IMG/VR virus record: IMGVR_UViG_3300050029_000262
Reading direction: 5' to 3' (one strand)
Source: an uncultured virus (IMG/VR IMGVR_UViG_3300050029_000262)
Taxonomy: Duplodnaviria; Heunggongvirae; Uroviricota; Caudoviricetes
Length of the DNA: 20,000 nucleotides
Below, piece after piece: positions 14,691 through 20,000 of the stretch (the stretch's first letter is position 1; every line of letters begins with the position of its first letter). Both the position numbers and the translations under genes were made by a program. The notes under the pieces are model-generated. The model was given only the letters and a program-made list of their open reading frames with translations, was not told the origin of the DNA and made no database searches.

Positions 14691-14719
14691 AACAGAAAAC
14701 GGAAAGAGGAAAGACCATC

Positions 14720-15316
14720 ATGGAAGACAATTTGCAGCCGGGTGAGTTGGAACTGACGGGTGACGATGCGGGCGCGGAGGCGGGTGCACGCGCGGAAGGG
14801 GAGGCGCCGGCGGCCGGCGACAACCCGTCCCAGGGCAAGGAGAAACTGACTGATGCGGAGCGCCTGGTCAAGCTGGCGCAGCAGGCCGCCGACCGGCCGA
14901 CCTTCGCCAGCGACCGCAAGACCACGGAGCCGGTCAACCTGCCGAACGGGGACGGCTGGTTCGTGCCCCGACCCCTGACCCGCGAAGAGGTGCTGAAGCT
15001 GGAGAGCATTCAGGCGCGGGCGCGGACCTGGATGACGCCGGGTGACAACATGGATAAGGCCCGGCCCGTGGACACCCAGGCCAAGCGGGATGAGTACTAC
15101 AGCTTCCTGTGCGGTGTGGGCATCAGCAAGTACGAGTTCAAGTCCACTGCCAACGGCGAAGTCCACCGCGGCGAGTACCGCGCCAACCCGTCCAACCGCC
15201 CCACCGAGGGCGACTTCAACGGCCTGGACCCGGTGGTGGGCGAGTGGGTGCAGTTCTACCTGGAAGTGTGGAACGGCATCAGCGAGGACCAGCGGCGCGA
15301 ACGGGGAAACACTTAA
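14720..15316 (+). CDS. Tail assembly chaperone (lambda gpG analogue), 198 aa
   Basis: AAAGAGGA RBS, ATG 14720; WFVPRPLTREE motif; ends G GGA AAC ACT TAA with a slippery heptamer. Confidence 0.75.
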   Translation: MEDNLQPGELELTGDDAGAEAGARAEGEAPAAGDNPSQGKEKLTDAERLVKLAQQAADRPTFASDRKTTEPVNLPNGDGWFVPRPLTREEVLKLESIQARARTWMTPGDNMDKARPVDTQAKRDEYYSFLCGVGISKYEFKSTANGEVHRGEYRANPSNRPTEGDFNGLDPVVGEWVQFYLEVWNGISEDQRRERGNT

Positions 15317-15657
15317 GCCTTCTGCGGTCATTCGTGCTGGAAACATACGATGACCCGGAGGGCGAGAAGGCGGCGGACTGGGTGTGTGCGAACGGCGCGC
15401 CGCCCTGGTGGCTGGGCTGGCTGATGGACGAGTACTACTGGCTGGAGAAGGGGTTCCTGCCGCACGGTGACCGCGACCAGCACGGCTGGGAGTACCTGCT
15501 GGGTCTCCAGGCTATCGACTCGGCGCTGAACAAGGCCCGCGAGGACAAGCAGGAGCGGGATAGCAAGCGGCGTGATGAGCAGTCCCGCCGCACGAGCGGG
15601 CGGGCGGGCGGGAACGTCCGGCCCATGGTGCATCTAAACGGGCCGGGAAGAGGGTAA
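15310..15657 (+). CDS. -1 frameshift extension of the tail assembly chaperone (gpGT analogue, about 312 aa in total)
   Basis: The -1 frame is open across the slippery site and reads HLSLLRSFVLETYDDPEG...GFLPHGDRDQHGWEYL, ending 5 nt before the tape measure start. Confidence 0.75.
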   Translation, partial: HLSLLRSFVLETYDDPEGEKAADWVCANGAPPWWLGWLMDEYYWLEKGFLPHGDRDQHGWEYLLGLQAIDSALNKAREDKQERDSKRRDEQSRRTSGRAGGNVRPMVHLNGPGRG

Positions 15658-15662
15658 GGTCA

Positions 15663-18600
15663 ATGGGTGACCGCGAACTGATCTGGGCCGTCAAGGCCAT
15701 TGACCATGCCTCCCCGGCCCTCGGCGCCGTCGCCAAGAGCATGACCAACCTGCACCACTCCGCCTTCCAGGCCCGGACGGAGTTGGGACAGTTTGAGAAG
15801 ACGACCAACAATGCGGGCAGCGGCGCGGGGCGCTTCAACGTCTCGCTGACGGCCCTGTGGGGGCAACTGGGCGTGCTGTGGGGCGTGTTGAAGAAAGGCG
15901 CCGGCTACCTCGGCGACTTCCTGAAGTTCATCCTCGGCATCATCGCCAAGGTGGCGCTGGCGGTGGGCGCGATCTGGGCCTTGGTGGCGGCGCTGGTGGC
16001 GCTGGGTGCCGCTGGCGTGGCAGCCGGCCTGGGTATGGCGGCCAAGGAGGCCATCAGCTTCGAGTTGTCCATGGCGCGGGTGCGGGGCGTCACGGGGGCG
16101 GCCAAGGCGGAGATCGTTTCCCTCGGCAACACGCTGCGCCAGTATGCCAAGACCAGCACCTTCACCCCGACGCAGCTGGGGCAGGCCTCGTACTTCATGG
16201 CCTCAGCGGGCATGAACACGGAGCAGATCAAGGCCTCCATGCAGGGCGTCAACGCCCTGGCGGAATCTTTCAATCAGGAGTTGGCCCCGGCGGCGGAACT
16301 GGTCGTGGCCACCCTGGCGCAGTACGGTATGCAGGCCACCGACGCGGCCCGCGTCTCCAATGTCTTCGCCGCCGCCAACGGCAAATCCCTCGCCACCTTC
16401 GAGAAGCTCAACGACTCCATGCGCTACGCCGGGCCGATTGCCGGTGCCCTAAACGTACGCCTGGAGGAAACGGTCGCGGCCCTGGCTATGTTGTACAACG
16501 CGGGCCTGCGCGGCGAGACCGCCGGCACGATGCTGCGTATGATGATGCTGCGGCTCATCACCCCCTCTACCGAAGTCACCGAGACACTGCTCAAGTACGG
16601 CCTGTCGCTGCGGGATGTTAACCCGATGGTCGTGGGCATTGCTGGCTCCATCGGCAAGCTCATCGGGGTCAACCTGTCGGCGGCGGACGCGGCCAAGTTG
16701 TTCGGCAGTGAGACCGTGGGGGCGTTCATGTCCATCCGGGCACAGGGCGGCGAGGCGGCCTTGCGGAGCATGGAGAAGTCACTGACCGGCACCAATGCGG
16801 CCTTCGAGCAGCAGGCCATCCAGGCGGACACCGTAGCCCACAAGTGGGCCTTCCTGAAATCTTCTCTAGGGGAACTTGCACTGGTCTTCGGCACGCCGTT
16901 GCTGGAGCCGATGAAGAAGGCGCTGACGGGCGTCAGCGACTTCATCAACAAGGTCAGTGAGACCCCGCAGGTGCGGGGTCTGGCGGCAGGCATCGGACAT
17001 GCCTTCGACCTGGCGGCGGACTGGCTGGTGGCGAAGCTGGACTGGCTGCTGGCGAACTGGTCAACCGTCTGGGACGGCATGATGAAGGTCCTCCGCCCGT
17101 TTCTGGCGGGCGTTGCCTACGTCATCGGCGCAATCATCGGCGCCTTCATCTTCCTGGTCAGCAAGTACAGCGAACACTCCGTCACGGTCGGCAAGGTCTG
17201 GGACTTCATCGTAGACGCGCACGCCAAGGCGGCCGGGTTCATCATCCAGGTCATGGCAGGAATTGAGCAGGTGCTAATCGACTTCGCGTCCACGGGCGCG
17301 TTGAGCAAGCTGCCCGATTTCTTCTGGAAGGTTTTCAAGGACTGCGCAAAGATGATGGTAGTGGCAATGACCCTGGGGATGCAGGAGTTTTCGCACGTCA
17401 TTTTGACAGGCGCTCTGGGACCGATTCGCATGATGCTGGATACGTTTGCCTTGATACCGGGGGCCATCGGGCAGACTGCCAAGGCCATGGGGAAAGCCTG
17501 GGATGACTGGGCAAAGAATATGACGAAGGATAGTGCCCAGGAGTTAATGCCGGACATCAACAAGTGGTTCGATGACCTGAAAATGCCCACCAATTTCACC
17601 GGCATCGACATGTCCAAAATCTTCAACAGTTCCGACTTGGGCAAGTCCTTCCTGAGTGGCTTCCAGAAGGCCGGGGAGGAGGGCGGCCTGGGTAACAAGA
17701 TGCAGGCAGTGGTGCGGGCCATGATGGGCAAGGGGACCATACCCGCCTTCGCCGGCGACAATTCCTTCATCGGCGGACTGCTCAAGTCCATGACTGATAC
17801 GGGTGGCGCGGCGGCGACGGGAATGAACAATGTCTTGACTTTTGTTGAGAAGATGAAGGGGGAAATTGCGGACGCCCAGAAGTCGGCGGGCGGAATGTTG
17901 AGCGGCAAGCCGGGTGGCATGGATGTGGACATAAAGATGTCGGAGGAGATGCGGACGAAGTACGAGGAACTGATCGCCGCCCTGGAGGACATTGCCGGGC
18001 CGATGGTGGCACTGAAGGACTACCAGAGCACCCTCAAGACGGCAACGGAGGGCCTGCGGAGTTCCGTAGACGCGCAGAAGACGGTGTTAGAGGAGCACAA
18101 GACGGCCCTGGAGGCCAACACGAAGGTGCTGGAGGAGGCCCTGGTGGCGGGCTGGGAGAAGATGACCGGACAGGGCGCGCGGCAGTGGGCGACCGTGGGT
18201 GTGACGCGGGAACTGTGGAAGGGGATGCGGCCCGCGGCGCTGGAGCGGATGATACCGGGTGCCTCCGGCATGTCGCAGGAGGAACTCATCCGGGCCCTGA
18301 GCGGCAACGGCCGCTACCAGCGGGCCGTCCAGCGTGACGTGCGCGGCATGAATGCAGGCGAGTTGTACACCACTGGCAAGACAGCCTTCGACCACTACGG
18401 CAAGGTCCAGACAGACGCCATGAAAAAGGCGGTGGAGTTGGCGGACGCCCCGGCCCTGGCGCAGTTGAAGGCGGGCGAGACGCAACTGAAGGCAGCGGAC
18501 AAGCAGGTGGCGGCGGTGGGCCTGCTGCTGACGCACCTATTCGAGCTACGCAGCATCGACAAGTATCTGGCGCGGGTGGTGGGGATGAAACTGGAGATGC

Positions 18601-19679
18601 AGCAGATGGGCCAGCCGGCGGAGGCGGCCAACCTGGCGCAGATGGAGACGCTGTTGCGGGCGGAGCGCGCGCGGAAGGCGGCGGAGGAACATGCGGACGT
18701 AGCGGGCACAGTGCCGTCCGCGGCAGGCGCGGTGCCGTCCGCGGCGGGCGCGCCGGCGGCAAGTGCGGCCCCAGTTGTGCCCATGTCATTCCATCAGGAG
18801 TCGGGCGGCTTTGAGGGTCTGAAGAAGAAGGGGTTTGGCGAGATACCAACGAGTTGGGCGGATGCCGCGTCAGCGCTTGACCCGGCGCTCAATTATGCAA
18901 AAGTTGGCACGTACATCGCGGAGAAATTGGCGGCAGGGGCGCGAGCGCATACAAGTGTGGTGGCGCCGATGCTGACTGGCAATGGCGCGTTGACTGAAGG
19001 CGGCGTGGCTGGCTTGGTCGGAGGCGTCAATGCGGCAGCGGCGGCGGTGCGATTGCCTCCTATGCCAAGAGTCCCCGGCGGGCCGGGTCGCGCCTGGTCC
19101 GCGGGCGGTTCTATGTTCGGTTCCGGTCCAAGTGGGCGCAGCATGTTCCAAGACGGCGGCGGTCTCCAGAACTTCACGGCACAAGAAAGGTCAGCAGTCA
19201 GCCCGGACTTCATGCGACAGAGGGCATTGCTGGGCGGCGGAGGGGGACTGCTTTACTCAGGCGGGCAGTTTGGTTTTGGAGGAGGCGGCGGGCCAACCGG
19301 CCTCGGCCTGGGGCAGCAGTTCCTGCCGGCGGCACACGCCAGCAGCGTCCTGGGCCACGGGCGGCTCTGGCCGAACCCGGACAAGGAGCTGCGAATGCCG
19401 TCCGCGGTGCAGATGATTACGGCGCAGAATTGGCAGAAGGCGGCGGTGGGCAACGCCGGGATGCTGGACGGCTCCTTGGGCGTGACGCCCAACGCCATGC
19501 TCCCGCGCGGCAGCCAGAACACGGACATCCCCGGCACGCGCCTGGTCGCCAACATCACGATCCACGCGCCGGGCGGTGACCCCAAGGCCGTCAAGCAGGC
19601 CACCATCGACGGCATCAACGAGTGGGAGGCGACCCGCAGTGGCTACCAGGCGACGGGGACGGGTCTGCCACCGCGCTAA
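15663..19679 (+). CDS. Tail tape measure protein (TP901-family core), 1338 aa
   Basis: FELSMARVRGVTGA, STFTPTQLGQASYFMASAG, SMRYAGPIAGALNVRLEETVAALAMLYNAGLRGETAGTMLR core; helical Trp/Phe-spaced central region; follows the chaperone pair. Confidence 0.95.
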   Translation: MGDRELIWAVKAIDHASPALGAVAKSMTNLHHSAFQARTELGQFEKTTNNAGSGAGRFNVSLTALWGQLGVLWGVLKKGAGYLGDFLKFILGIIAKVALAVGAIWALVAALVALGAAGVAAGLGMAAKEAISFELSMARVRGVTGAAKAEIVSLGNTLRQYAKTSTFTPTQLGQASYFMASAGMNTEQIKASMQGVNALAESFNQELAPAAELVVATLAQYGMQATDAARVSNVFAAANGKSLATFEKLNDSMRYAGPIAGALNVRLEETVAALAMLYNAGLRGETAGTMLRMMMLRLITPSTEVTETLLKYGLSLRDVNPMVVGIAGSIGKLIGVNLSAADAAKLFGSETVGAFMSIRAQGGEAALRSMEKSLTGTNAAFEQQAIQADTVAHKWAFLKSSLGELALVFGTPLLEPMKKALTGVSDFINKVSETPQVRGLAAGIGHAFDLAADWLVAKLDWLLANWSTVWDGMMKVLRPFLAGVAYVIGAIIGAFIFLVSKYSEHSVTVGKVWDFIVDAHAKAAGFIIQVMAGIEQVLIDFASTGALSKLPDFFWKVFKDCAKMMVVAMTLGMQEFSHVILTGALGPIRMMLDTFALIPGAIGQTAKAMGKAWDDWAKNMTKDSAQELMPDINKWFDDLKMPTNFTGIDMSKIFNSSDLGKSFLSGFQKAGEEGGLGNKMQAVVRAMMGKGTIPAFAGDNSFIGGLLKSMTDTGGAAATGMNNVLTFVEKMKGEIADAQKSAGGMLSGKPGGMDVDIKMSEEMRTKYEELIAALEDIAGPMVALKDYQSTLKTATEGLRSSVDAQKTVLEEHKTALEANTKVLEEALVAGWEKMTGQGARQWATVGVTRELWKGMRPAALERMIPGASGMSQEELIRALSGNGRYQRAVQRDVRGMNAGELYTTGKTAFDHYGKVQTDAMKKAVELADAPALAQLKAGETQLKAADKQVAAVGLLLTHLFELRSIDKYLARVVGMKLEMQQMGQPAEAANLAQMETLLRAERARKAAEEHADVAGTVPSAAGAVPSAAGAPAASAAPVVPMSFHQESGGFEGLKKKGFGEIPTSWADAASALDPALNYAKVGTYIAEKLAAGARAHTSVVAPMLTGNGALTEGGVAGLVGGVNAAAAAVRLPPMPRVPGGPGRAWSAGGSMFGSGPSGRSMFQDGGGLQNFTAQERSAVSPDFMRQRALLGGGGGLLYSGGQFGFGGGGGPTGLGLGQQFLPAAHASSVLGHGRLWPNPDKELRMPSAVQMITAQNWQKAAVGNAGMLDGSLGVTPNAMLPRGSQNTDIPGTRLVANITIHAPGGDPKAVKQATIDGINEWEATRSGYQATGTGLPPR

Positions 19680-19696
19680 TTCCGCTACCCGCGCGC

Positions 19697-19719
19697 CGAG
19701 GATCGCTTCTCAGCGGTTT
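19697..19719 (+). repeat. Dispersed 23-bp intergenic repeat, copy 2 (CGAGGATCGCTTCTCAGCGGTTT)
   Basis: 21/23 identical to 6300-6322. Confidence 0.85.
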
Positions 19720-20000
19720 GTAGGGCAGTGACGGGGCGTTGGGCTATCAGTGGGGTTGAGACAGCGGAGCGGGCCTACGGGAGTGCCCTCGGCAAAAGTG
19801 GCTGTTTTGTTATAAAGGAAACGACCCTCCGCCGTCTACCGAATCGCGTTTACCAGGGTCTCAGGGCAAAAAAGCACCTTGACCTCGCGACCGGCCCCGG
19901 AGACTCCGCTAGCGACTTTGTTTTGAAGGAATGATTTACGGCACCGCCATTACAAAATAGCGATATAAAGTCCGGCGTCTGTCAAAAACCTTATAACCTC

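Larger units (their letters stand above)
1..19679 (+). mobile_element. Tailed bacteriophage/prophage head-lysis-tail gene module (siphovirus-like)
   Basis: Tightly packed co-oriented genes in the order portal, MuF, protease/scaffold, capsid, neck, tube, chaperone, tape measure. No integrase or att site in the window, so free phage versus prophage cannot be decided. Confidence 0.95.

Noticed and set aside
15109..15309. Independent gene starting at 15109
   Set aside because: Overlaps the chaperone gene, and its translation is non-protein-like until the slippery site; better explained as the frameshift frame.
19728..19934. 68-aa ORF after the tape measure
   Set aside because: GTG start without a good RBS, atypical codon usage, no similarity to tail-tip proteins.
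19954..19985. Minus-strand promoter (TTGACA at 19985-19980)
   Set aside because: No acceptable -10 hexamer at 16-18 nt spacing; the plus-strand TTGACC near 19880 also lacks one.
1..20000. Gene transfer agent, tailocin or contractile injection system; tRNA/rRNA; diversity-generating retroelement; alternative genetic code
   Set aside because: A full head module with accessory genes and no sheath argues for a phage. No cloverleaf or rRNA-like sequence, reverse transcriptase or TR/VR pair was seen. All three stop codons end genes normally.

Overview
High-GC tailed-phage (or prophage) virion morphogenesis region, with all credible genes on the + strand. Order: portal (probably 5'-truncated); long MuF/SPP1 gp7-like head protein with a lower-GC, GNAT-like C-terminal domain; two small ORFs; LL-H-type holin; Zn-peptidase endolysin; small ORF; Com-like zinc finger; intergenic region with a sigma70-like promoter and structured leader; small ORF; prohead protease/scaffold with nested starts; major capsid protein resembling that of phages K/A511; CCCH zinc-finger ORF; four neck/tail-completion genes; tail tube; DUF5659-like ORF; tail assembly chaperone with a canonical G GGA AAC -1 frameshift; 1338-aa tape measure; then about 320 bp of apparently non-coding DNA. 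No sheath gene is evident, so the tail is probably non-contractile. Best leads: (1) a possible MuF-GNAT effector/immunity cassette; (2) a Com-like protein next to a leader with two mutually exclusive folds, one masking the RBS; (3) a GAAAACGGAAA motif at several translation starts; (4) a recurring hydrophobic-x-K|S/A/T candidate protease site across the head proteins. All family calls come from motif recognition by eye and gene order; no database search was run.
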